Assembly (NCBI GenBank): GCA_021155045.1 | Contig: JAJNQB010000016.1 | Span: forward strand, 3,109 to 67,108 | DNA length: 64,000 nucleotides | Origin: Arcticibacter sp. | GTDB lineage: Bacteria > Bacteroidota > Bacteroidia > 2-12-FULL-35-15 | Reading direction: 5' to 3' | In this document: positions 31,306 through 41,023 of the stretch, one piece after another | How positions within the stretch are numbered: the first letter of the stretch is position 1 | Layout: each line of letters begins with the position of its first letter | The notes under the pieces: generated by a model | Told to the model about the DNA's origin: nothing | The model's database searches: none | The model's input: the letters and a program-made list of their open reading frames with translations, nothing else | Program-made: the position numbers and the translations under genes

Positions 31306-31330
31306 GTTAGATTTGTAAATTAAAATAATC

Positions 31331-32497
31331 ATGAATAACAATCACATCGGTATAATAGGTTCTGGCGCTATGGGGGCTGGAATTGCACAGGTTGCTGCGG
31401 CTGCAGGATATGAAGTTTTGATTTACGATAATAATTCTGCTGCACTTGAAAAAGCAAAAATTACTTTAGATAACACTTTAAAAAAACTTGTTGAAAAACA
31501 AAAAATAACGGAACAAGTTGCAAAAGATATAATTTCAAAAACTCACTATGTAAATTCATTAGCTGATTTTAAAAATTGTAGTTTAATCATTGAAGCCATT
31601 ATTGAAAATATAGAAATTAAGCAAAATGTGTTTTCTGAATTAGAAGGTGTTGTTTCTGAAAACTGCATCTTGGCGAGTAACACATCTTCTTTGTCTATTG
31701 CATCCATTGCTTCTGTTTGTAAAAAATCAAATAGGGTAGTAGGGATACATTTTTTTAATCCTGCTCCTTTGATGCCTTTGGTTGAAATTATTCCTGCAAT
31801 CACTACTGATAATTCTGTTGTTATAGAATCAAAAAAGATAATTGATAGCTGGGGGAAAGTAACTGTACTTACTAAAGACACACCAGGCTTTATTGTAAAT
31901 CGTGTTGCTCGTTCTTTTTATGGCGAATCTATCCGTATTTATGAAGAAGGTATTGCAGATATTGCTACAATTGATTGGGCATTAAAAACGTATGGCGGAT
32001 TTAAAATGGGACCTTTTGAGTTGATGGATTTTATTGGTAATGATATCAATTATAAAGTTACTGAAAGTGTTTGGCAACAATTTTTTTACGAGCCCAAATT
32101 CAAACCTTCTTTAACTCAAAAACGTTTGTTTGAAGCAAAAATGTTTGGACGTAAAACAGGAAAAGGGTATTATAATTATGCTGATGATGCAATACAGCCA
32201 AAAGCAAATCAAGATGAAAAACTTGGTAAATATATTTTCAATCGTGTAATTGTAATGTTGATAAATGAAGCCATAGACTCACTGTATTTACAATTAGCTT
32301 CAAAAGAAGATTTAGATATTGCGATGACAAAAGGAGTAAATTATCCAAAAGGACTTTTAAAGTGGGCTGATGAATTGGGTTTGCCAAATGTACTTGATTC
32401 ATTAAATACTCTGTACTCTGATTATTCAGAAGATAGATACAGACCTTGTATTCTTTTGAAAAAGATGGTTGAAAAAAACGAAAAATTTTACAATTAA
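31331..32497 (+). CDS. 3-hydroxyacyl-CoA dehydrogenase (NAD-binding) with extended C-terminal domain
   Basis: N-terminal Rossmann IGIIGSGAMGAGIAQVAAAAGYEV. A C-terminal 3HCDH_C-like domain is duplicated or extended (388 aa). Confidence 0.85.
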   Translation: MNNNHIGIIGSGAMGAGIAQVAAAAGYEVLIYDNNSAALEKAKITLDNTLKKLVEKQKITEQVAKDIISKTHYVNSLADFKNCSLIIEAIIENIEIKQNVFSELEGVVSENCILASNTSSLSIASIASVCKKSNRVVGIHFFNPAPLMPLVEIIPAITTDNSVVIESKKIIDSWGKVTVLTKDTPGFIVNRVARSFYGESIRIYEEGIADIATIDWALKTYGGFKMGPFELMDFIGNDINYKVTESVWQQFFYEPKFKPSLTQKRLFEAKMFGRKTGKGYYNYADDAIQPKANQDEKLGKYIFNRVIVMLINEAIDSLYLQLASKEDLDIAMTKGVNYPKGLLKWADELGLPNVLDSLNTLYSDYSEDRYRPCILLKKMVEKNEKFYN

Positions 32498-32585
32498 TTT
32501 ATTAACAAAATTGCTAAAAGTGTTGAAAATATTATTGTTTCAACAGTTTTCTGCTGATTATATTTGTAATTACAAATAAACAAAT

Positions 32586-34850
32586 ATGATGTCCGAATTA
32601 CGTTTTTATAAAAAAATTTCTTTGCAATTAAACATTGCAGAAAAACAAGTTATATCTACTGTTGAATTATTAAATGAAGGTGCTACAATTCCATTCATTG
32701 CTCGTTACAGAAAAGAAGCTACTGGAAGTTTAGATGAGGTTCAAGTTGTTGCAATAAGAGATGAAATTGAACGTTTGCGCATTTTGGAAAAGAGAAGAGA
32801 AGCTATTTTAGAGTCTATTGAATCACAAAATAAATTAACACCCGAACTCATCAAACAAATAAATGCAGCCGAAACACTATCAACGCTTGAAGATATTTAT
32901 TTGCCTTACAAACCAAAACGAAGAACGCGTGCAAGCATTGCACGTGAAAAAGGTTTAGAACCATTAGCGGAATTACTTTTTTTACAAAATAAATTTGATG
33001 TAGAATCAGCAGCAGAAAAATTTATTGTTACCGATAAAAATGTTGACAATATTGAAGTTGCGCTGTCTGGAGCACGCGATATTATTGCAGAATGGGTGAA
33101 TGAAAATATGGAAGCACGTGATAAAATTCGTAACCTATTTAAGCGTTCGGCAACAATAAAGTGCAAGGTTTTAAAAGGAAAAGAAATTGAAGGAGAAAAA
33201 TTTAAGGATTATTTTGATTGGGAAGAACAATTGGGGAATTGTCCTTCGCATAGATTATTAGCAATGCGAAGAGGAGAGGGAGAAAGTATTTTAAATATAA
33301 ACATTGCTCCGCCAGAGGATGAAGCATATAAAATTTTAGAAATGCAGTTTGTTAAATCTAATAATGCTGCATCGGAGCAAGTAAAATTAGCTATTCACGA
33401 TTCATACGATAGATTACTGCACAGTTCGATTGAAAGCGAAATGCGAATGCTTACCAAAGAACTTGCTGATGAAAAAGCAATTCAAGTATTTGCCGAAAAT
33501 TTAAGAGAGCTGCTTTTAGCTTCGCCTTTAGGACAAAAAACAATATTAGCTATTGATCCAGGATTTAGAACTGGTTGTAAAGTTGTTGTTCTTGATAAGC
33601 AAGGTAAATTAATGGAAGACACTGTAATTTATCCTCATGAACAAAATAAAATATTTCAAACCAAACAAACTGTTTTAGGTTTATGTGCAAAATATAATAT
33701 TGAAGCAATAGCTATTGGAAATGGAACAGCAGGAAGAGAAACAGAATCATTTATAAGAAGTATTGATGGATTGCCAAAAGAAATACATGTGATAATGGTA
33801 AATGAAAGTGGCGCATCTATTTATTCTGCCTCAGATGTTGCTCGTGAAGAATTTCCAGATAAAGATATAACTGTTAGGGGTGCTGTTTCTATTGGAAGAA
33901 GACTAGCTGATCCATTAGCAGAATTGGTTAAGATTGATGCGAAATCTATAGGAGTGGGGCAGTATCAGCATGATGTTGATCAATATTTATTAAAGAAAAA
34001 ATTAGATGAAGTTGTAGAAAGTTCTGTTAATAAAGTTGGAGTGGAAATAAATACAGCAAGTAAACAGCTATTAACTTATGTTTCTGGTTTAGGAAGTCAA
34101 TTAGCAAAAAATATTGTTGAATACAGAAATGAAAATGGACCATTTAAATCACGAAAAGAAATATTGAAAGTGCCTCGCATGGGTGAAAAAGCATTTGAAC
34201 AAGCTGCAGGATTCTTGCGAATTTCAAATAGTAAACATCCTTTAGATAAAAGTGCGGTGCATCCAGAAAGTTACGATACAGTTGAAAAAATGGCGAAAGA
34301 TTTGAATTGTACTATTGAACAATTAATGCAAGAAAAAGAGTTGCGTAAAAAAATTGTATTACATAATTATGTTACCGAAAAAATTGGTTTACCTACATTA
34401 ACTGATATTATTACGGAGTTAGACAAGCCAGGAAGAGATCCACGAAAAACGTTTGAAGTTTTCAAATTTGATGAAAGTATTCATGAAATTGCTGATTTAC
34501 GTGTAGGTATGAAATTGCCGGGTGTTATAACTAATGTAACAAATTTTGGTGCATTTGTGGATATTGGTGTTCATCAGGATGGGTTGGTTCATGTCTCTCA
34601 ATTATCAAATACATTTGTTTCTGACCCCAATACAATTGTTAAAGTACAACAGCAAGTAAGAGTTACTGTTACAGAAGTGGATGTGCAAAGAAAAAGAATA
34701 GCACTTTCTATGAAAGATAATGTTGCAACAACAACTACAACGTTACCTAAAATAACAACTAACACAAATAGAAAAGAAAAAGAAGAAAAACCAGCAAATG
34801 ATTTTGCTTCGCAATTAGCTGCTTTGAAGGATAAGTTTAATCGCAACTAG
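32586..34850 (+). CDS. tex: Tex family RNA-binding transcription accessory protein
   Basis: 754 aa. The N-terminal Tex HTH region (IPFIARYRKEATG), a YqgF/RuvC-like domain, HhH, and a C-terminal S1 domain (GMKLPGVITNVTNFGAFVDIG). Confidence 0.9.
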   Translation: MMSELRFYKKISLQLNIAEKQVISTVELLNEGATIPFIARYRKEATGSLDEVQVVAIRDEIERLRILEKRREAILESIESQNKLTPELIKQINAAETLSTLEDIYLPYKPKRRTRASIAREKGLEPLAELLFLQNKFDVESAAEKFIVTDKNVDNIEVALSGARDIIAEWVNENMEARDKIRNLFKRSATIKCKVLKGKEIEGEKFKDYFDWEEQLGNCPSHRLLAMRRGEGESILNINIAPPEDEAYKILEMQFVKSNNAASEQVKLAIHDSYDRLLHSSIESEMRMLTKELADEKAIQVFAENLRELLLASPLGQKTILAIDPGFRTGCKVVVLDKQGKLMEDTVIYPHEQNKIFQTKQTVLGLCAKYNIEAIAIGNGTAGRETESFIRSIDGLPKEIHVIMVNESGASIYSASDVAREEFPDKDITVRGAVSIGRRLADPLAELVKIDAKSIGVGQYQHDVDQYLLKKKLDEVVESSVNKVGVEINTASKQLLTYVSGLGSQLAKNIVEYRNENGPFKSRKEILKVPRMGEKAFEQAAGFLRISNSKHPLDKSAVHPESYDTVEKMAKDLNCTIEQLMQEKELRKKIVLHNYVTEKIGLPTLTDIITELDKPGRDPRKTFEVFKFDESIHEIADLRVGMKLPGVITNVTNFGAFVDIGVHQDGLVHVSQLSNTFVSDPNTIVKVQQQVRVTVTEVDVQRKRIALSMKDNVATTTTTLPKITTNTNRKEKEEKPANDFASQLAALKDKFNRN

Positions 34851-34994
34851 ACAGATAATACCCTACGTAGGACAAATTAGTCCAAAGAATAATTTGCTCC
34901 TTAGTAATGTAAATGCTTATAGAGAAGCTGTTAGAGCCTATCCTATTTTTTTTGGATTGAACTATTACAGATTCCGTATCAGTATAAAGTAAAG

Positions 34995-35474
34995 CTATTT
35001 CTTTTTTAATTTTTCTACTATTTCAAAAACGGCAGGGCAAATTGCTGTGTTTTTTAAAGTTAAATCCAATAGTTGGTGAAAACGCTTTCTGTTGGTATGA
35101 GGATATTCTCTGCATGCTAGTGGTCTGTCTTCATAAATCAAACAATAATTTTCGGAATCTAAAAAAGGGCAGGGAGCAATATTTAAAACATAATCTTTGT
35201 CTTCATCAATGTGTAAATATTTTTGTATAAAGTTAGAGGGGCGCATACGCAATCTTTTCGAAATGCGGTCAATATCGCGTTCGTAAAAAATAGGGCTTGT
35301 AGTTTTGCAACAATTAGCACATGTTAAACAATCAATTTTTTCGAATGCTTCATCATGCAATTGATGAACTGTATCGTCTAAATTTTTTGGCTTAGAACGT
35401 TTTAGTTTATCAAAAAACTTTTTGTTGGTTTGTTCTAGTGTTTTTGCTTTATCTTTTAATGAATCTAATTCCAT
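34995..35474 (-). CDS. YkgJ family cysteine-cluster protein (UPF0153)
   Basis: CxxCxxCC motif (CLTCANCC) and further conserved Cys (CPFL...C). 159 aa. Confidence 0.65.
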   Translation of the reverse strand: MELDSLKDKAKTLEQTNKKFFDKLKRSKPKNLDDTVHQLHDEAFEKIDCLTCANCCKTTSPIFYERDIDRISKRLRMRPSNFIQKYLHIDEDKDYVLNIAPCPFLDSENYCLIYEDRPLACREYPHTNRKRFHQLLDLTLKNTAICPAVFEIVEKLKKK

Positions 35475-35500
35475 TGTGTTGCAAATTTAGGAATACCACC

Positions 35501-37222
35501 TTACCTTTCAAACTTATATTCTTGCTTTTCTGAATTGCCTTTGTCGTCAGTTACTTCAATAATCATGGTATGTAAACCTTTTGAAATATCATTTTCTATT
35601 TCATAAAACAATAATTGTTTTTTAGGTTCATACTCCATTAACATCCATTTATTATCAATAAACAAATTGTATTTACGTATTCCCGAAAGATTATCAGAAA
35701 CCTTGAAACTAATATATTTCAATCCTCTTAAGTTTACAATTCCATTAGCATCTTTTTTAAATTGAGGATAAATCTTTGGAGCAATTACGTCTATGCTTAA
35801 AGTGTAACTCCCGAAAAATTTTGTTTCGCAAATAATCCAACCATCTTTGTAATTGCCTCCTTCATAATTTATTTTTCCTTTTTCGTTTACAGAAACAATG
35901 CAAGCCTTATTTTGTAGTGAATCAGGTAAATTGCTTGTTTTTATTTTGAGTGTGATTGCTTTTTGTAAAGGAATATTAGTATTTTGTAAGTGATGGAGTG
36001 GGGCGTATGGGGTTGTGGCTTTTACAGATGAACTGTAGTTAAATTGTAAATCGTCATACAAAGCAAAAGCAGGAAACAAAATTTCAATATCATTTTTAAT
36101 AAATGTATTTGGCTTGTTACAATCAAAAATAGACTCTTTGATTTTATTTTGTTTATCTGAAAGTGCTTTTTTATTTCCTTTAACTTTTAATGCCAACTCG
36201 CTGGTATTACCGTAAAAATCTTTTACGATAAATGTTATCCAATGTATAGCACCATCATTAAAATCAATAATTCCATTATCAATTACACCTTTGTATAGTT
36301 CTATTTTATTGTTTTTTGAAAGATAACATTTTTGTAATTTTAGATTAGCTTTTTTGTATTGGAAATAATCAATATGTGCATTTACATAACGAGCATTTTC
36401 GAAACTAAATTTTTCATATTCACAATAATAAATTCGTTTCCCTCCGCTTTGTAATTCAATTGAATAAACACTGTTTTTATTTGTAGAGTTTGTTTCGCTA
36501 TCATAACAATCAATACCAAAACCGATATTGCCTGACACTGTAATGGAATCAATTGGCTTAACGGTATGCTTACCATTTGCATAAACTGGAGTGATTTTTT
36601 TGATGTTGTTTTTTCCGTTTACTGTTGCATCACTACTCAAAGGGTAAACTGCAATTTGAGTGATTCTGGGAGCCTGATTGTCGTTTACTTTGTAACCAAA
36701 CAAATAAGGATTAACGGGTTTCTCTGATAGCGTTTCTCTAATTTCAAAATGCAAATGTGGACCTTGTGAACCCCCTGTATTTCCTGAATAAGCAATTACA
36801 TCTCCTTTTTTTATTACCAATGCTGTTGCATTTAAAAGTGTGTCTAGCTCAAATGATTGTTTACTAACTTGCATAGCACGAATAAACTTATCTATCTGTT
36901 CTGGAAAACTTTTAAGATGACCGTACACGCTCGTATAACCATTTGGATGTGTTATATACAAAGCTTTGCCGTATCCATAAGGACTAATTTTTATTCTTGA
37001 AACATAACCATCTGCAACAGCATACACTTTTAAACCTTCACGATTACCTGTTTTAATATCAAAGCCAGCATGAAAATGATTAGGACGTATTTCACCAAAA
37101 TTCCCAGAAAGCACAATTTCTGTGTCTAAAGGTGATTGAAAATAATTTTGAGGATAATTTACCTGCGCATTTACCAACACACAAAAACCAACATTTATAA
37201 CTAGAGCAATTATTTTTTTCAT
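35501..37222 (-). CDS. M23 family metallopeptidase (LytM/lysostaphin-like), secreted
   Basis: Signal peptide. M23 motifs HFHAGFDIK (HxxxD) and GPHLHFEIRE (HxH). A large C-terminal extension of unknown function. Confidence 0.85.
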   Translation of the reverse strand: MKKIIALVINVGFCVLVNAQVNYPQNYFQSPLDTEIVLSGNFGEIRPNHFHAGFDIKTGNREGLKVYAVADGYVSRIKISPYGYGKALYITHPNGYTSVYGHLKSFPEQIDKFIRAMQVSKQSFELDTLLNATALVIKKGDVIAYSGNTGGSQGPHLHFEIRETLSEKPVNPYLFGYKVNDNQAPRITQIAVYPLSSDATVNGKNNIKKITPVYANGKHTVKPIDSITVSGNIGFGIDCYDSETNSTNKNSVYSIELQSGGKRIYYCEYEKFSFENARYVNAHIDYFQYKKANLKLQKCYLSKNNKIELYKGVIDNGIIDFNDGAIHWITFIVKDFYGNTSELALKVKGNKKALSDKQNKIKESIFDCNKPNTFIKNDIEILFPAFALYDDLQFNYSSSVKATTPYAPLHHLQNTNIPLQKAITLKIKTSNLPDSLQNKACIVSVNEKGKINYEGGNYKDGWIICETKFFGSYTLSIDVIAPKIYPQFKKDANGIVNLRGLKYISFKVSDNLSGIRKYNLFIDNKWMLMEYEPKKQLLFYEIENDISKGLHTMIIEVTDDKGNSEKQEYKFER

Positions 37223-37349
37223 TACCCAAAAGTAATGATTTATAAAAAAGAATGAATAGAGATTTTAAGTAAACAAATTTTTTTGCTAAAGCTAACTAGG
37301 CAAATAGTAGGTTAGAGGCGTATAAAAATAGAATGAATAGAAAAAACAA

Positions 37350-37724
37350 TTATTTAACAATAAGTTTTTGCTGAAACACTTTATCGTTTGATGATGCTGT
37401 AATTATGTAAACTCCTGTAGGCAATTTTTTTCCATCAGTACTTAGTGTAAATAAAAAGCCATCTTGTTCTCGGATTTCTACTTTTGAATAAATTTCTCTT
37501 CCGAACATATCATATACCACCACTAATAAATCGTTTGCTTTAAATCCTTGAAGATTTACATACGTTTCTTCCCCGTCATTTGGGTTAGGAAATACATTAA
37601 ATACAGCGTTTTCTGATACTATCGTTTGATTTTGTGCTTTACTATTTTGTGTACAGAACAATATAATCAACAAAATTGCACTTAGTTTTAAAGTCTTCAT
37701 AATCTGTTTAGTTAATGTTTGCAT
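37350..37724 (-). CDS. small secreted protein consisting essentially of a T9SS C-terminal sorting domain
   Basis: Signal peptide (MKTLKLSAILLIILF...AQ) followed almost immediately by a CTD-like approx 85 aa (FNVFPNPNDG...TGVYIITASSNDKVFQQKLIVK). M at 37700 may be the true start. Confidence 0.55.
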   Translation of the reverse strand: MQTLTKQIMKTLKLSAILLIILFCTQNSKAQNQTIVSENAVFNVFPNPNDGEETYVNLQGFKANDLLVVVYDMFGREIYSKVEIREQDGFLFTLSTDGKKLPTGVYIITASSNDKVFQQKLIVK

Positions 37725-37944
37725 AACAAATAGAATCCATTTTGCTTACAAAAGCAAACTTCCGCTGGTATAGTTATAAACATTGATAAGTGGATTATAA
37801 TTAACATTTTACTACGAACACAAGTTTTTTATCGACAAACAATTGTTTTGGCTTTGTAAGTTAAAAAAAATCTAAAAAAAATATTTTTGTAAGCGAAAGT
37901 TTTATCCTTGATTAAAAAACTATTTTTGTTGCTCAAATAACAAA

Positions 37945-38919
37945 ATGACACAAAGCAACTATTTATATTTAGGAGAACTTGTTGCTATTGGTACAACTTT
38001 GTCTTGGAGTATAGGCATATTTCCTTTTACAGAAGCGGCTCGTAGATTGGGTCCTAATTCTGTAAATCATTTTAGGTTGGTTTTAGCAATTATATTTTTG
38101 ACTATTCTTAGTTTAATTTTTTTAAATTATTCGTTGGCTGATTTATTTACTTTTCCATTACATGAACATTGGCTGTGGTTTGGTATGTCAGGAATTGTAG
38201 GCTTGGCTTTGGGTGATTATTTTGGGTTTACATCATTTGCCATTTTAGGGGCACGTATTGGAAGTATTTTTATTCCATTAGCTCCAGCAGCAGCTCTTTT
38301 TGCAGGATATTTTTTGGTGGATGAACGTATTAATTGGGTTGGAATGGTTGGTATAGGAGTAACCATTGCTGGTGTATTGTGGCTTACCATAACAAAAACT
38401 GAAAAAAGCAAAATGCCACAATCAAAACATGGTAAAATTGAAAAAGGTATTTTGTTTGGAGTTTTGGCATCCATTTGTCAGGGAGTAGGAGTAGTGCTTG
38501 CCAACAAAGGGTTCGAATATGATATGAATGTTGGAAAAGTTCCTGCTTTGCACGCTACTTGGATACGAATGGTTTGTGCAGCAGTAGTAATTTTTACCAT
38601 TACAATTTTTAGAGGTAAATTAAAAGAAATGCTAAAACCTGTTTTTGAAAACAGAAACAATGGTGTTTGGTTTACCTTTGCTGGAACATTATTTGGACCT
38701 GTTATGGGTGTGAGCCTATCAATGTATGCAATTTCACTTTTAGAAAACAAGCCTTCAGTTGCCCAAACTATTTTTTCATTAGTACCTGTTTTGGTGCTGC
38801 CGATTAACTATATTTTTTACAAAGAAAAAATAAAATTAAAATCTGTACTAGGCGCATTTATTGCCATTGCTGGTGTAATTATTTTAATTTGGCGATATGA
38901 AATTTTAGCTTGGTTTTAA
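37945..38919 (+). CDS. EamA/DMT family transporter
   Basis: 324 aa, 10 TM segments in two repeated EamA-like halves. Confidence 0.7.
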   Translation: MTQSNYLYLGELVAIGTTLSWSIGIFPFTEAARRLGPNSVNHFRLVLAIIFLTILSLIFLNYSLADLFTFPLHEHWLWFGMSGIVGLALGDYFGFTSFAILGARIGSIFIPLAPAAALFAGYFLVDERINWVGMVGIGVTIAGVLWLTITKTEKSKMPQSKHGKIEKGILFGVLASICQGVGVVLANKGFEYDMNVGKVPALHATWIRMVCAAVVIFTITIFRGKLKEMLKPVFENRNNGVWFTFAGTLFGPVMGVSLSMYAISLLENKPSVAQTIFSLVPVLVLPINYIFYKEKIKLKSVLGAFIAIAGVIILIWRYEILAWF

Positions 38920-38947
38920 TTTAGCAATAAATTATTATCTTTGGGCT

Positions 38948-41008
38948 TTGATGAACTTTACTTATCCGGCTTTTTTATTTGCACTTTCGGCAATAGTCAT
39001 TCCAATCATCATTCATCTTTTTAATTTCAGAAAATTTAAAACAGTTTATTTTAGTAATGTAAAGTTTTTGAAAGAGGTAAAGCAAGAAACACAATCAAAA
39101 TCAAAACTTAAGCATTTACTTATTCTTATTGCAAGAATTTTAGCAATTACATTTTTAGTGTTGGCTTTTGCTCAACCTTTTATTCCAAATAAAAATAAGA
39201 CAACTGTTATTGGTAATTCTGCTGTAAGTATTTTTATTGATAATTCTTTTAGTATGGATGCTGTGAATTCCAACGGAACTCTACTTGATGATGCAAAAAA
39301 ATGGGCAGAAGAAGTAATTGCAGCATATAAACCAACCGATAGATTTCAAATTTTAACCAATGATTTTGAAGCGAAGCATCAGCGTTTAGTAAATAAAGAA
39401 GAATTATCAGATTTATTAGATGAAATAAGGATAAGTCCTATATCAAGAACATTTTCCGAGATTAACTCAAGAATAGCAGATGTTTTAAATAATGCAGAAT
39501 CTAAAAATAAACAAGCATACATTATTTCTGATTTTCAAAAGTCAATTTTTGATATTGATAAATTAAACGCTGATACCAATATCAACATTCATCTAATACC
39601 AATAACTGCTGCTGAGAAAAGTAATGTTTATATTGATACTTGCTGGTTCGAAAGCCCTGTAAGGCAATTGGGAGCAAATGAAAAACTGCATGTTCGGTTA
39701 AAAAATAGTTCTGATAAAGAATACGAAAGCAATGCTATCAAATTGTTTGTAAATGGTAATCAAAAAACACCTTCAAGTTTTAATATCAAATCACAATCAG
39801 AAGCAGAAGTGGTGTTGGCTTTTGCATCAAAAGAAACAGGCACTCAACATTGCTTTGTAGAAATAAACGATTATCCAATAACTTTTGATGATAAATTTTA
39901 TTTCAGTTATAATGTTGCCAAATATATTTCAGTATTGAGTATCAATGCAAGCAGTAATACTTCTGAAAATGGATATTTGAATAGATTGTTTGCGTCTGAC
40001 TCAAACTTTATATACAAAGCTGTTTCAGAAAATCAAATTGATTATGGAGCAATGCTGCAAAATAATTTAGTGATATTTAATCAGCTAAAAACAATCTCTT
40101 CTGGTTTGGCTCAAGAAATTCAAAAATTTGTTTTAAATGGCGGTAGCTTATTAGTTTTTCCAGCCGATGGAATGGATATGAATTCATATAACGCTTTAAC
40201 ATCTGCATTAAATGTGAATGCTTACGAAAAGTTGGATACCGCTAATACAAAGGTTGATAATGTAAACACTCAAAGTGATATTTATAAAGATGTATTTGAC
40301 AAAAAAACGTTTAGCGCAACCAGTTTAGATTTACCAAAAGTATTCGAACATTATGTGGTTTCAAAAAAATCAAGGAGTTCAGAAGAATATTTAATGAAGT
40401 TACAAACAGGAGATGTTTTTATTGCAAAATATTCATCAGGAAAGGGAGCTGTTTTTTTATCTGCCGTGCCTCTAAACGAAAAGCACAGTAACTTTGTAAA
40501 GCATGCGATGTTTGTGCCAACACTTTATAAAATTTCCATCACCAGCCAAATGAATTCACCTCTTTTTTATACCATAGGACACAATCAAAGTGTAGAATTA
40601 GAAAATCATTTATCGGGAGAAAATATTTATAAAATAAAAAATATAAATTCTAATTTTGAAATGATTCCTGAACACAGATTAATAAACTTAAAAATGCAAT
40701 TACTTACAAACAATCAAATAAAAGAAGCAGGAAATTATAATATCATACAAGAAAAAGAATCCATAGCAGGAATTTCATTTAACTATGATAGAAATGAATC
40801 GGACTTGGCATGTCATTCTCCAGCAGAATTAAAAGATATAATATCTCAAAAAGTTTTTTCTAATATAAGCGTGTTGGAGCTAAACAAACAATCATTGACC
40901 AATGTTTTAGCCGACATAGAACAAGGCACAAAGCTTTGGAAACTTTGCATTATTTTAGCGCTACTTTTTCTAGCACTTGAAATAATTTTAATTCGATTTT
41001 TAAAATGA
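38948..41008 (+). CDS. BatA-like N-terminal double-TM domain membrane protein (function unknown)
   Basis: The N-terminal approx 75 aa match the aerotolerance-regulator N-terminal / double-transmembrane domain pattern (FLFALSAIVIPIIIHLFNFRK...LLILIARILAITFLVLAFAQP). C-terminal TM anchor. Confidence 0.55.
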   Translation: MMNFTYPAFLFALSAIVIPIIIHLFNFRKFKTVYFSNVKFLKEVKQETQSKSKLKHLLILIARILAITFLVLAFAQPFIPNKNKTTVIGNSAVSIFIDNSFSMDAVNSNGTLLDDAKKWAEEVIAAYKPTDRFQILTNDFEAKHQRLVNKEELSDLLDEIRISPISRTFSEINSRIADVLNNAESKNKQAYIISDFQKSIFDIDKLNADTNINIHLIPITAAEKSNVYIDTCWFESPVRQLGANEKLHVRLKNSSDKEYESNAIKLFVNGNQKTPSSFNIKSQSEAEVVLAFASKETGTQHCFVEINDYPITFDDKFYFSYNVAKYISVLSINASSNTSENGYLNRLFASDSNFIYKAVSENQIDYGAMLQNNLVIFNQLKTISSGLAQEIQKFVLNGGSLLVFPADGMDMNSYNALTSALNVNAYEKLDTANTKVDNVNTQSDIYKDVFDKKTFSATSLDLPKVFEHYVVSKKSRSSEEYLMKLQTGDVFIAKYSSGKGAVFLSAVPLNEKHSNFVKHAMFVPTLYKISITSQMNSPLFYTIGHNQSVELENHLSGENIYKIKNINSNFEMIPEHRLINLKMQLLTNNQIKEAGNYNIIQEKESIAGISFNYDRNESDLACHSPAELKDIISQKVFSNISVLELNKQSLTNVLADIEQGTKLWKLCIILALLFLALEIILIRFLK

Positions 41009-41023
41009 AAAATAATTTAAGAA

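Noticed and set aside
34862-34871. Perfect 10 bp palindrome CCTACGTAGG in the tex / ykgJ convergent intergenic region as a bidirectional terminator
   Set aside because: No loop (the stem cannot close) and no flanking U-tract on either strand. More likely a restriction-site-like palindrome or chance.
37741-37758. Perfect hairpin TTTGCTT-acaa-AAGCAAA in the 5' leader region of the small T9SS-CTD gene
   Set aside because: No U-tract and no recognisable riboswitch or protein-binding consensus. Significance cannot be judged from sequence.
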